Positions 47,259 through 61,789 of a stretch of 64,000 nt of DNA are shown here, piece by piece (the first letter of the stretch is position 1; each line of letters opens with the position of its first letter). Position numbers and translations under genes: made by a program. The notes beneath the pieces were generated by a model. The model ran no database searches. It was given only the letters and a program-made list of their open reading frames with translations, and was not told the origin of the DNA. Source of the DNA: Octopus sinensis (lineage: Eukaryota); the NCBI RefSeq assembly GCF_006345805.1, contig NC_042997.1, positions 187,116,001 through 187,180,000 on the forward strand, read 5' to 3'.

Positions 47259-50200
47259 TTGATAAAGTAATTGAGGTAATCAGAGTATGTGACAGAATAC
47301 TTAAGATTAGATTAGTGCTTCATCATAGTTTAGCAACCATTATATCAGCCTATGCTCCTCAGTCGGGGCTACCCGATGGACAGAAAGACCGATTCTATGA
47401 CACTCTACTGCAGACTACCTCGTTGACGAACGACAGAGACCTTATCTTTGTGGCTGGTGACTTCAATGATCACGTTGGACGACATGCTGGGGGCTTCCAT
47501 GGCGTACATGGAGGCTATGGCTATGGCTCCCGCAACGAGGAGGGAACCAGGCTGCTGGAGTTCTGCGATGCAAATAATCTTATGATTTGCAACACTAACT
47601 TCAGGAACCTACCAGCCACCTAGTCACTTACCGATCGGGCCAACATACCAGCCAAATTGACTACATCCTTGCAAGGCAAAGGGAGAGATGGCTGCTTATA
47701 AATGCCAAAACCTTCCCAGGTGAAGAATGTACCCCACAACATAGACTGATAGTTAGTGACTTTAGTATCAGGACTAGGAGGACAACCAGAAGACGACAAA
47801 TATGGAGAAGAAGGATCTGGAAGCTTAAAGATCCTGCAAATGGACAGAGATTTAGGGACATATTACTTGAAGCCCCTGACGAAGTAGAAGGGGATAGAGC
47901 ATCACATGGGGTAGAAGACAGCTGGACGTTTCTAAGGGACAACCTGCTGAGAGCCACTGACCAGATCTGTGGCTGGTGCAAAGTCCCCTCTCGACCTAGA
48001 ATAATGTGGTGGTGGAACAATATTGTAGACAGGGCTATTAGAGAAAAGAGACAGGCTTGGAAGGTCTGGAAAAATGGGGGTAGCAGGGAATTGTATCAGA
48101 CTGCCAAAAGAGAAGCTAGGAGACAGGTTTATTTAGCCAGAGGGGAAGCAGATAAGAAAAAATTTGCCAATGTTCTGCGCCGTGAGGACCAAAGACTGGA
48201 GGTGTTTTGCGTTGCAAGACAGTGTGTGAGAGAGAATCGTGATGTGGTAGGAGAGAAGTGTGTTCGCATGGAAGATGGTTCACTTGCGCTAAATGAGGAT
48301 GCAAAGAGAGAGGTTTGGAGATGCCACTATGAAAAGTTGCTGAATGAAGAAATGAATGGGATAAAGAGAGTCTGCCGAATGTTGACCCAACAGGGACCAG
48401 CTATCCGAGTTGATAGTTCCGTGGTAGCTAAGGCAATTAGAAGCATGAAGACAGGAAAAGCCCCAGGCCCATCAGGAATCACTGCAGAGATGCTCAAAAT
48501 GTCTGGTAGTGTCGGCTATAGCCTAGTCACCCGTATAGTTATCAGGTGATACACAAAGGAGTCATACCCATGACTGGTGTAGCAGTATAATAGTCAACTG
48601 CTACAAAGGTAAAGGTGATGCCCTAGATACAAATAACTACAGAGGTATCAAGCTGTTGGATCAGGTGATGAAGGTTACGGAGAGGGTCATAGCCCAACTA
48701 ATTAGAGAGAGAGTTAGTTTAGATGAGATGCAGTTTGGGTTTGTGCCAGGGAAAAGTACTACTGATGCTATATTCCTGGTAAGGCAGCTGCAGGAGAAAT
48801 ACCTAGCCAAGATAAGCCCCTGTACCTGGCTTTTGTTGACATGGAGAAAGCCTTCGACAGGGTTCCCCGATCCCTTATCTGGTGGGCAATGAGGAAACTA
48901 GGGATAGATGAATGGTTAGTGAGAGCTGTGCGGGCCATGTATAGGGACGCTGCTAGTAGGGTGAGGGTTGGAAATGAGTACAGTGAAGAATTCCGGGTAG
49001 AGGTAGGGGTCCACCAAGGCTCAGTACTCAGCCCCCTCCTATTTATCATAGTCCTCCAGGCAATAACGGAGGAATTCAAGACAGGATGCCTTGGGAGCTC
49101 CTCTATGCTGATGACCTTGCTCTAATTGCTGAGTCGCTATCAGAACTGGAGGAGAAGTTTTAGGTGTGGAAACAAGGATTAGAATCGAAGGGCCTCAGAG
49201 TCAATCTAGCTAAAACCAAAGTCGTAATCAGTAGGAAGGTAGACAAATCACAAACACCTTCAGGTAGATGGCCCTGCTCGATCTGTAGAAAAGGTGTAGG
49301 TAGAAACTCTATAAGATGCACCAAGTGTAAGCTATGGACACATAAGAGATGCAGCAATGTCAAAGGAAGGCTAACTAGGAAGATGGTTTTGTATGTGGCA
49401 GATGTCAGGAACAATAAACACTGAAAATGCTCTGAGACCAACTTCCATCACTTTCCAGGGAGAAAAACTAGAAATAGTTGATAGTTTCCGTTACCTAGGT
49501 GACCAGTCAGCAGTGGGGGCGGGTGTGCTGAAAGTGTAACTGCTAGAGTAAGATAGCTTGGGCAAAGTTCAGAGAGCTCTTACCTCTGCTGGTGACAAAA
49601 GGCCTCTCGCACAGAGTGAAAGGCAGACTGTATGATGCATGTGTACGAACAGCCATGCTACATGGCAGTGAAACATGGCCGTGACTGCTGAGGATATGCG
49701 TAAGCTCGCTAGAATGAAGCCAGTATGCTCCGATGGATGTGTAATGCCGGTACTCACACTCGGCGGAGTGTAAGTACCTTGAGAGAAAAGCTGGACCTAA
49801 GAAGCATCAGTTGTGGTGTGCAAGAGAGACGTTTGCGCTGGTATGGTCATGTGGCGAGAATGGATGAAGATAGTTGTGTGAAAAAGTGCCACACCCTAGC
49901 GGTTGAGGGAACCTGTGGAAGAGGCAGACCCAGGAAAACCTGGGATGAGGTGGTGAAGCACGACCTTCGAACTTTAGGTCTCACCAAGGAAATGACTAGA
50001 GACCGAGACCTCTGGAAGTGTGCTGTGCGCGAGAAGACCCGGCAGGACAAGTGAGTCCATAACCCGTGGCCTTCTACATGGGATGGAGCCAGCCTACGTA
50101 TGCATACCTTCCCTTCTTGGGACACAAAACTCTACTTGTGAAGACGTGTTGAGGCAAGTGAGGATCAGAATCGAAATCGATCAATGGAAATTGCGGATGT

Positions 50201-50660
50201 GTCACCAGTGCCGGTGGCATGTCGAAACTCTACTTGTGAAGACCCGTTGAGGCAAGTGAGGATCAGAATGGAAATCGATCAATGGAAATTGCAGATGTGT
50301 TACCAGTGCCGGTGGCATGTAAGAGAACTTTCCGTTTCGCGACTGTTGCCAGCACCGCCCCATTTCGTGTCCATTGCCAGCCTCGCCTGGCCCTCGTGCC
50401 GGTGGCACATAAAAAGCACCATCCGTTCATGGCCGTTTGCCAGCTCTGTCTGGCACCAGTGCGGGTGGCACGTAAAAAGCACCCACTACACTCATGGAGT
50501 GGTTGGCGTTAGGAAGGGCATCCAGCCGTAGAAACACTGCCAGATTTGACTGGGCCTGATGCAGCCTTCTGGCTTGACAGACCCCAGTAGAACCGTCCAA
50601 CCCATGCTAGCATGGAAAACGGACGCTAAACGATGATGATGATGATGATGATGATGATGA
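47259..50660 (+). mobile_element. 5'-truncated second copy of the same RTE family with multiple frameshifts, 3' UTR and (GAT)n tail
   Basis: Collinear with 22820-25630 and highly similar. ORF fragments cover APE, RT, PHD finger and C-terminus (EKTRQDK*). Confidence 0.95.
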
Positions 50661-50816
50661 TATGTATATGGCTGTGTGGTAAGTAGCTTGCTTACCAACC
50701 ACATGGTTCCAGGTTCAGTCCCACTGTGTGGCACCTTGGGCGAGTGTCTTCTACTACAGCCTCGGACTGACCAAAGTCTTGTGAGTGGATTTGGTAGACG
50801 GAAACTGAAAGAAGCT

Positions 50817-50863
<47 letters not shown>

Positions 50864-51060
50864 ATGTTTGTGTGAGTGTGTTTGTCTGCCCCAACATCAC
50901 TTGATAAAAGAGACTGATAAAATAAGTACTAGGCTTACAAAGAATAAGTCCTGGGGTCGATTTGCTTGACTAAATGTGGTGCTCCATGGCCGCAGTCAAA
51001 ATGACCGAAAGCATAAAAGTATAAAGGAAAAGAAGAATATATTCACATATATGTATATAT

Positions 51061-51092
<32 letters not shown>

Positions 51093-51973
51093 ACCTTAAA
51101 TCTGGTTCAAAAAATTATACAGGTTGACCTTAATTCAGTACAGAACAAATCCCTTTCCCTATGCATGTGCTCCCACAACAAGCTACTTTCAACTCTTGAA
51201 GCCCAATGTTAATTATTGCAATCTCAGTCCTCTTCTTCTCTACCTGTTTGACCTGAACGCATTGCCCGGTGACCGATAAATGCACAGTGCATAAGTTAAA
51301 GTGGGGTGGGTGGGTGAGTGAGTGTTTGGGTGGCATGAGATCGAGGGAGGGGTAGTGTTTTTGCTCTTCCTACCTGAAGCACACTGCAAAAAAAAAGAAA
51401 AAAAAAACAGATTTAATTAGTGGCTTAAATTTATGTAGTTGATTAAAGTCAATATGTCAATATGGTTCTGGCCTGTCATAATAGAGAAAGAAAAAAACAA
51501 ACAAAAGGAAAAAGAAATATAACAAACAAAAACAAGGGTTTATTGACTTGGTATTTTTTTTTCCAGCAGAATCATAGGGAAAGAAATAATATTTTCAGAA
51601 TATAAACTAAAATTCTGGGGTAATCTTTTAAAATTTGTTTTAAAAGCAAAGTAATTTGTTGTTTAAGTTGTTATGGTTTTGAAATCTATTTTGATATAAT
51701 CCTTAAATTTGAAAACAAACATTTAAAAGTTAATCGCATTCACGCACTCACACACACACACATACACACACGCACATGCATGCAAGCACGCATGCCTATG
51801 TACATGTATGCACATGCAAGACATGTATGCATGCTCATACACAAATATCAGTGTGTATGCATGTACATTTATGTATACAACCGGACGTAAATATAGAGAC
51901 ATGCGAAAATGCAGATACACACATGCATACGTACATAGTTATTTGTATATACACATGTATGTGGGTGTGTGTG

Positions 51974-52031
<58 letters not shown>

Positions 52032-52191
52032 ATGTATGTGTTAGTGTGTATACTTAAATATGTACATTTGTATGTAAGAGTATATGTATATATATATATA
52101 TATATACACACACATGTTTGTGCGTGCGAGTGTATAATATATATATATGTATACATATATATGCATGTATATATATATATATATATATAAT

Positions 52192-52261
<70 letters not shown>

Positions 52262-52893
52262 CTGTATATCCTAAATTTTGACTGTACAATCCCTAAGGAT
52301 ATATACTGTTCATCATTATCTCCACCCAAACAGATTAACTTATTATCCTTGTCAAATGATTATATATCCACTTATCCCTACCAACAAAAGCAGAGAAAAA
52401 AAAAGCAAAACAAAAAAACAAAAGAGAAGAAATGAAATAAAAAAATTTATTTAAATAAAGTAGAAAAGTCTTAAAATTATAAAATCAAGCATAGAAAGCA
52501 ACCAAACATTAAAAGTGCAAAGATATTTGATGAAGTTATTATTAAAATGTTGATCGTTACTGACAGCTACACTAGTGCAAGACAGAACTTATTGGATTTG
52601 TGTGACGAGAGATAATCATTGATAATTTCATCAAGAAAAAGGATTCTGTGTTACTCTGTGATCATATGGAATGGACCTCTATACAAAGAATAACTTGTAT
52701 CTTTTACTTGTTTTACTCATTGGATTGCAGCTGTGCTTGGGCTTCAGTCAAAATAAATCGACCCCACTACTTGTTTTTTGTTTTCGGTTTGGTACTTATT
52801 CTATCAGTCTCTTTCTGCTCAATGGCTAAGTTACGGTAATGGAAGCAAACAGCTGGTTTTCAAGCAGTGGTAGGGGACAAACACACATGCATA

Positions 52894-52938
<45 letters not shown>

Positions 52939-53104
52939 GTACTAATGTATGAATCTCTTGATCCTTGAGTCACTCTGTTGCTTTGCTTCTGCTAAATATT
53001 GAAATATATATATATATATTATATATATAATATATATATATATATATTATATATATATGTACTCATGTTTTGATTTCTATCTTTCCTGTTTGCATTACCA
53101 AATT

Positions 53105-53491
<387 letters not shown>

Positions 53492-53841
53492 GAGTGTATG
53501 GGTACAGGACATCACCAACGGTGCAAATAAACATGAAATACCTAAACAAATGAAGGAAAAATGAGTGAAATACATAAGCAATTAAAAAAAAAAGGAAAAC
53601 AGGACAAGTTAACACAGAGAAAGGACCCTTCATCAGTTGTTGGCTGTCTATCTACTCCTCATTTCGAGCATACAATGACAATTTGGGTCTTCAAAAACAG
53701 TTGCTCCCATGAATTCTAAAATAAAATTAAATTTTGGATTTACGGAGGGTCAAAGTTGGAAACAAAAAAATGACACACACAAACACACAATATATTATTC
53801 ATTACTTATTATTTAATTGATACATCCATTTCCAAGTAAGT

Positions 53842-53878
<37 letters not shown>

Positions 53879-54094
53879 TGTATGTATGTATATCTATATG
53901 TCTCTATATATACATACAATGGATTTTAAGTTTCCTTCTGTCAAATCTACTCACAGCTCTGGTTGGCTTGGGGTTATAGAAGATGCTTTTCCAGTGGGAC
54001 TGAATTTGGAACCACTTAGTTGGTAAGCAAGCGTCTTAAACAAAACAGCCATATCTGTGCTTAGAAAAGAAATAATTTCTTTATATTCTGTGCA

Positions 54095-54545
54095 AACTAT
54101 GCTGGATCATAGATATAGCATGCCCAGCTGACAACAAAATATGTGATAAGGAAGAAAGAAAAGTCGATAGATATGACAGGTTAGCTTGGGAAGTGAAGCA
54201 GTTGTGGTTGATGAAAAAGGTGGTAGTAGTACCAATAATTGTCAGAGCTCTGGGAACACTGAATAAAAATCTTGAGAAGTACATGGGACAAATAGGAGCT
54301 GCAATAAGGGTAGAGCACTGCTTGGAACCACTTGAATACTCCAGAAGGTGCTCGAAAAATAAGGGGTGTTACCTTAATTCCCTGGTAGTGAACAGCTGAC
54401 CTGTAGTACATCTCCAGCATTAGAAGCTGTGAAAAGGCAATGATGATCATAATAATAATAATAATAATAATAATAATTATAATTATAACAACAACAACAA
54501 CAACAAAAACAACTACAACAACAACAGCAACAACAACAACAATAA
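54095..54545 (+). mobile_element. 3' end of an RLE-type (R4/Dong-like) LINE with an (AAT)n/(AAC)n tail
   Basis: IIDIACPADNKICDKEERKVDRYDRLAWEVKQLWLMKKVVVVPIIVRALGT followed by an (AAT)n tail. Confidence 0.85.
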
Positions 54546-55244
54546 TAATGCTTTCAAATTTTGGCACAAAGCCAGCAATTTTGGGGGAACGGTAAGTTGA
54601 TTACATTGGCTCCAGAGTTCAATTGGTACTTAATTTATCGACCCCAAAAGGATGAAAAGCAAGGTCGACCTTGACAGGATTTGAACTCAGAACGTAAGGA
54701 TGGATGAAATACTGCTAATAAGCATTTTACCCACTGTGCTAATGATTCTGCTAGCTTGTCACCACTACCGCCGCCACCACCACAACCACCACTACCACCA
54801 CCACAACAACAACAATAATAATATAGAGGGCCTGTGTGCTTCAGTAACATATTTTTCCTTTTTTGAATGAATTAGTATGAAGAGATGGCTCAGCATCCCT
54901 GATCTTTGCAGAATGGTAAATCTGAGACATTTCATGTTCACTTTGAACTTCTGAAAGTTGTTATCTCTGGGGAAACACCACAGCTAAAGTGGGAACTCCA
55001 GAGATTTCATTGTGCTGGAGAAGATTGATTTGAGCTAAGTGTTTGGTATAAGGGTCTGATAAGTGAAACATGATGGAGGTGATGAGAAAAGGAGAGTTTT
55101 AGATGCATTAGGAAGGATGAGGCAGATTTAGTATGCAACTTGCTGCTTCTGCAGAATAGGGGTTGCGGTGAAAAAAAAAGTAGGGAAAAGTAACAGGACA
55201 TCTGTGACACATTATTTGTGGTGTGTTCTTTTACACTACAGTTA

Positions 55245-55246
55245 CT

Positions 55247-55279
<33 letters not shown>

Positions 55280-55281
55280 CG

Positions 55282-55315
<34 letters not shown>

Positions 55316-55530
55316 CACGCACACACACACACACACGCACACACAAACACACACATACACACACGCAAACACACAATACATACACACACATACACACAAA
55401 AACACACATACACACACAAACACACACATAGACACACAAAAACACACACATACACACACACACAAAAACACACACACACATACACACACACACACACACA
55501 CAAACACACATGCATGCACGCACACACATA
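55245..55530. repeat. Interrupted (CA)n tract; also (TG)n at 5928-6035 and (AG)n at 1779-1809 and 1929-1988
   Basis: Direct inspection. Confidence 0.95.
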
Positions 55531-55879
55531 CAAGGAAAATTTTATCAGTTTAAAACCAGGAGTATAACGATAATTGGATGTGATTTATTTCCTTGTATTT
55601 AATAATGTATGATTAAAACTATTTCAAAAATCAGAAAAGAATTTTTTTAAACTCTTTTTAAATGATGTAGACTTAAATGCAGAGATTTTATATGAACAAA
55701 ATACAATTATTAACAGTACTAGTAATTCCCTTTCAGTGAACATCATTTAATTCAGAAACATTTAAAACAATTTTCTTTTTCAATAAAGTGGAATGTTTGT
55801 ATTAAAATCATGTGGAGCTAATATTTGATTGGGTACCTGAAATTTCTCAATAATGGTTTCATATCTACAAGGCATTGAA

Positions 55880-56195
55880 TCATCATCATCATCATCATCA
55901 TCAATCATCATCATCCTCATCATCGTTTAACGTCAGCTTTCCATGCTAGCATGGGTTGGACGATTTTGACTGAGGACTGGCGAACCAGATGGCTGCACCA
56001 GGCTCCAATCTTGATCTGGCAGAGTTTCTACAGCTGGATGCCCTTCCTAATGCCAACCACTCTGAGAGTGTAGTGGGTGCTTTTATGTGCCACCGGCATG
56101 AGGGCCAGTCAGGTGGTAACTGGCAATGGCCATGAAAAATTTGTGTTTTTTTTACGTGCCACCTGCACACCGGCACAAGTACCAGTAAGGCGACG
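55880..56195 (-). mobile_element. RTE 3' UTR-derived short element
   Basis: Same tail consensus. Confidence 0.85.
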
Positions 56196-56214
56196 CTTGG
56201 TTAAATACTCTAGA

Positions 56215-56640
56215 GTCTCTTACCATTTTTTGACTGTATAATCATACATTTCATTCAGTTTCTTGGATTTCCTTTGTTGAATAATGCATGAATTAAAGTT
56301 TCCATATGTTTTCTATTGGTTTAAATCTGTGGATTATCCTGATTACTTTAGCACCCAGATTTTCTTGCTTTTGATGAATTCCTATATTGTTCCTGTAACT
56401 CTCATGCTGAAAAGCCCATGACTGGCCCAAATGATTATTGACTTATGGAAGCATTATTTTCTCCAAGATCTCTACATAGGTTGTGCTGTTCACGATATCC
56501 TGAATTTGATGTATGGAACCAACATCTTTTCCCTGACATGCAGCTCTGAACTGTGATATTGCATTGAAATTCTCCTCCTGTATGGTTTCAGCTGTGCTGA
56601 ACAGACTAAATTTTGACCTTTCCAAATATAAAATTTTTGA
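56215..56640 (-). mobile_element. Decayed Tc1-like transposase (catalytic core remnant)
   Basis: GSIHQIQDIVNSTTYVEILEKIMLP...WAFQH...STDLNPIENIW, with stops. Confidence 0.75.
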
Positions 56641-59600
56641 CCAGTCTATTGATGCCTGAATAAGATAGTTGTTTTAAGTAAGGAAAACAATTAGATACTT
56701 GAGAATTAATGAAAATCAGTCTTACTTGTTTAGTCTATCTTATCAAACTCAGTCTTATATTTCTCATTGGACAAAGTCATTAGTATAGAAAGCATCTCAC
56801 ATAATAACCTGTGATATTTAGTTAGCCATCCTTTACATTTGAATTTAAATTCTACTCAGGTTGTTTCTGCCTTGTCTCCTTCAGAGGGTGTCTCAAAATG
56901 AGTACCAATAAAGTACTGGTTGATACAATCAACTTTCCTTCCCCCATACGAGTTTATAGTCTTCTGCCTGTAATAAAAATCACTGTCTCTCTTCCACTAC
57001 ATCTAAATTTCTGCACTTATGACCTTTCATATCAGAATTATTTATAATATTTAGTTTCCTCTACCCTTTTGTTACTGTATTTATTTTGAGAAGCTCTATG
57101 TTTCTTTCAATTACTTTAAATATAACAAAGAATTTAGTAAAATAACTTAATTATCATTCAGCTAGTGTTAGGAACATAAATTGTGACTAAGGTTTGGTGG
57201 AAGATTTTAATTCAAAACTTATGAAAACAAGACATTTGTACTCAGAGCCAGAGTTAGTTTCAGCTAGGTTGGTAGCGAAAGGGCAAACTAGCAGAATCAT
57301 TAGTACATTGGTCAAAATGCTTAGTAGCATTTAATCTGTCTTTATATTCCAGGTTCAAATCCTGTCAAGGTGACTTTGTCTTTTATTCTTTCAAGGTCAA
57401 TAAATAAGTACCTGTTGAGCACTGAGGGCTGGTGTAGTTGACTTACCAACTCCCCCGAAATTGCTGGCCTTGTACCAAAATTCGAAAGCAATATTTAGTT
57501 TCCTTATTTCACATTCTGAATTCAAATCACCCTGATGTCTAGTTTCTCTTTCGTGATTTTGGGGTTAATAAAAGAAAATATCTGTCTTGTACTGTGTGAT
57601 AGATAATTAACTATACACCTTCCCAGGATTTTTAAATATAATATCATTGTCAATGTAAATAACACATCTAAGTCCATTCTTAGAAAGCTACTGTTGAATG
57701 TTTAATTTTTGTTGTTATTTCACTGATGGTGTGTAGTCTGTTTTTGTCTATTCTTACCTGTTGAAGTTAACCTGTATTTAACAACATTGATTTGAGAGTA
57801 TCATCTCACATTCTGGACAGATATGGTCAAGCAGACCTATACTTACAAAACTGTTAGAAGATATGGTTCCACTTTATCTCCACTGCCACCACAATTAAAA
57901 CCCAACTCCCACTACAACTACTCTAGTAGCCTTGTCAGATCTGATCAAGCAGAACCTATATTTACTAATTTATCTTGCCCTCTCTCTCTTTATTCGCCAG
58001 TCCATACTCAATGTGTTGAAATGTTGTGGTGGTGGTGGTGGTGGGTGGCAGGGTTGATGGTGTTAACAAACAAATTGCTGCTTTTAAGACTGCAAGAATG
58101 AATGTTATTAAAGAGGAGAAGAAACGGGGAACAAGATAAAGAAAAAGAAGGTCAATATAATTGAAAAGGGAATGCTACAGGCACCTCCTCCTTCTTCCCA
58201 TTCTGTGGATATATATATATTCTCAGTAGGCTCAAGTTCAACTTTCTGTTGCTGTTGTTGTTGTTGTTATTGTTGTTGCTGGACAGTAGTTGGAGAAAAG
58301 TACATGTTGAAGTCTCTTGAAATGTCTATGAATTAATTTAAACGAGATTTTAAAATGTTTGCGTTTGTTCTGTATCTGCTTCTCCAATAGTGACCATTTG
58401 GAGTGTCCTTTCTGACAATATGACTTGCATCTATCTTTAATCTTTTACTTGTTTCAGTCATTAGTCTGTGGCCATGCTGGGGCACAACATGTGGCAATTT
58501 CTGATGTTGTGACTAAGTGACTAAGTGAGTTTTAGTTAGATATTATTCTTGTGGGTGGAGTACAGGATTATTTCTTTACTCTAAAACAATTTTAGATTTA
58601 TAAAATTTAGCAAAAACATGCTGGTCTAACAACTGATTGAAGGTTCAGCATAGTTTAGCCTCATCAGTTCTGATGCACTAAGAATAATGTATGTTCACCC
58701 AGACAGACAGACTGACAGTACATTTTTCAGACAAAATCCAGAATTATTGATAGTGTAGCTTTGACAATTAGTGGGTCTTTAAACAAAATTATTATACAAG
58801 ACCATAAAGTATGTGAATTAATTAATTGTGAATGGTTCAACTTTCTATCAACTGAGCATGCATACATATGGATAAATTGTAACACACACACATACACACA
58901 CACACACCAGGTTATTAGCTTGGTTATTAGCATTTTTATATAATCAAAATGAACCAAAAATTTAGCCTTTGTATATTGACGTAGAATTTGAAATCTTGTT
59001 AGAGATGAATATAATCAATGGAATTTCACTTAGGCATTGTGAGGCTAATAACCTAGTGTAGAACTCTGCATGCGATTTTTCAAGTGCATATGCATGTATT
59101 TTTTCAATTTTTTTTTCTATTTTTTCTATTAGTAAATCAAATTACCTTTTGGATACACACTTCTTTTGTATACATCAGTAATAACTTTCTCGCTAGTAAC
59201 GTCTTCCCTGTATATTTCAAAAATGCTATTCTTTTTCTCAAATAAATTACACTTCATATTCAAGGCACTGATGTGGCTATAGGATGTTATTCAGGCACTC
59301 TAAGAGCCCATTGCATCATATAGCAGAAACAACTGTAAGCTAATGAAGTTCATAACATAACCATTGTTTTTCCTGTGTCAGGAGTGGCTGTGTGGTAAGT
59401 AGCTTGCTTACCAACTACATGGTTCTAGGTTCAGTCCCACTGTGTGGCATCTTGGGCAAGTGTCTTCTACTATAGCCTCAGGCTGACCAAAGCCTTGTGA
59501 GTGGATTTGGTTGACGGAAACTGAAAATAAGTCCATCATATATATGTATATATATATGTGTGTATGTGTGTGTATATGTTTGTGTGTCTGTATTTGTCCC

Positions 59601-59804
59601 CCGAATATCGTTTGACAACCAATGCGGTGTGCTTACATCCCCATCACTTAGTGGTTCGGCAAGAGAGACCAATAAAATAAGTACTAGTCTTACAAAGAAG
59701 AAGTCCTGGGATCGATTTGCTTGACTAAAGGCGGTGCTCCAGCATGGCTGCAGTCAAATGACTGAAACAAATAAAAAATAAAAATAAAAGAATATATATG
59801 TATA

Positions 59805-60060
59805 AATTTTTTGTTTTTGGATTTGATTTGCAAGATTCTTTATGTGAGTCCGTGTGTTGAAGCATATTCTGTTGTGTCTGGGGAGAGTCATTTTCTTTTT
59901 GTGCCTTATAATTTAACACACTCACCGGTAAAATTTCCACTTATTCCTTATTTTTAGGAAAATTTTAGGAAAATGAAAATAAGGAATAAGTGGAAATTTT
60001 ACCGGTGAGTGTGTTAAATTATAAGGCACAAAAAGAAAATGACTCTCCCCAGACAAAACA
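59805..60060. repeat. Palindromic repeat family, copy 2 (perfect 80 bp arms, 21 nt spacer)
   Basis: 59875-59954 is the exact reverse complement of 59976-60055. Same left flank as copy 1. Confidence 0.95.
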
Positions 60061-60914
60061 ATATATGTATAAAATTGCATTGGAATAATTTTTATATAAT
60101 CAAAATGAACCAAAAATTTAGCCTTCATATATTGACATAAAATTTGAAATTTGTTAGAGATGAATATAATCAATGGAATTGTTTGTCATCCCAATAATAC
60201 ATAATTATTCATTTTATTGACATCCACTCCCCCACCCTCATATTAAAATGAAAGCTAATCCCATTAGGAATATAGATATAGAGTATAGAAGCATAAAATA
60301 AAACAATACTTTTTAAGTCTGGTGCTGAACTATTTATGACAAACTGATTATTTAAAGGAATCAATATAAACAATAAGAAATGGAAACCAATATTTTTGTA
60401 TAATAATTCCTAATATTTCAATGATTTTCTTACAATTCAAATGATTTCTTACTTATTAATTATTTATGATTGAACTATATAACCTACTTAGTGAGTGACA
60501 CTCTTTTTTGAAAATTACTGGCTGATTCTGGGTAAATAATATCAAGATGACTTAGAGAAGAAGCATATTAAGGTTAATGAAAAAAATAGGGTTAATGATG
60601 TTACATACATACTTCAAAGATTAAGAAAAAGAAGTAAGGAAATAAATAATTTTTCCATCATGATCTCATTTATTTTTAGTTGAATACTTACTGCTTACAT
60701 TTTTCTTAATTACTACAGATAAACATTTCCTTAATACCTTGAATCATATTCATTTACTTGCCTGCCTACTATCTCTATCTTGAACTCATAGAGGAAACGC
60801 ACACACATACACACATACACATACACATGTATGCATGCACACTAGTGTATCCATGCCATTAATAATAATGGCAAGTTGATTTCCCTTAAATGTATAGAAA
60901 ATGAAATAAAATTA

Positions 60915-61107
60915 AAATAAGTGTGGTAAGTAGCTTGCTTACGAACCACATGGTTCCGGGTTCAGCCCCACTGTGTGGCACCTTGGGCAAGTGTCTTCTA
61001 CTATAGCTTCGGGCCGACCAAAACCTTGTGAGAGGATTTGGTAGACGGAAACTGAAAGAAGCCCATCGTATATATATATATATATATGTGTGTATATATA
61101 TATATAT

Positions 61108-61183
<76 letters not shown>

Positions 61184-61415
61184 ATATGTATGTGTATATG
61201 TTTCTGTGTCTGTGTTTGTCCCCCAACATCACTTGACAACTGATGCTGGTGTGTTTACGTCCCCGTAACTTAGTGGTTCAGCAAAAAGAGACTGATAGAA
61301 TAAGTACTAGGCTTACAAAGAATAAGTCCTGGGGTCGATTTGTTCGACTACAGGTGGTGCTCCAGCATGGCCACAGTCAAATGACTGAAACAAGTAAAAG
61401 AGTAAAAGAGAGAGT
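60915..61415 (+). mobile_element. Bipartite tRNA-headed SINE with a long (TA)n linker
   Basis: Same family as 19555-19945. Confidence 0.85.
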
Positions 61416-61612
61416 ACATTTATTTTGAAATATAGTTATTTATATGTTTGCTCTTGTACCAAGACTTCATATGCCAGATTCTTGTATTCCTCATTGGTTG
61501 TCCATAAAGAGATTTTCTACTCCATTCTGTAGGGTTTGTCGAACATTTTTATGATGTTACGGAGATGTACTTGCATAGCAAGTGACCTGACCTGAGATCG
61601 TGTGCTGGAACG

Positions 61613-61782
61613 AAAATAATTGCAGCGTGGAAGGTGTTTATAAGCCATTTAAGAAACACACAAAATCGTTAGATTCACTTCAAAATTTAAATTTAATTTG
61701 TCAAAATATTTTTGTTGCTTTGAGATCGCAACCTGTTCACCAACAAAAGGCTTATAAACGCCTTCCACACTGCAATTATTTT
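61613..61782. repeat. 34 bp inverted repeat (32/34 matches) around a 102 bp spacer, MITE-like
   Basis: AAAATAATTGCAGCGTGGAAGGTGTTTATAAGCC ... GGCTTATAAACGCCTTCCACACTGCAATTATTTT. Confidence 0.8.
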
Positions 61783-61789
61783 TATGATG

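Noticed and set aside
53615-53675. CTGATGA and GAAA motifs on the minus strand (also at 42.4 kb) as a permuted hammerhead
   Set aside because: Stems II and III cannot be paired.
61690-61750. Stem-loop plus AAAATATTTT resembling a decayed hammerhead
   Set aside because: Both core strands deviate, so it is too degenerate to support.
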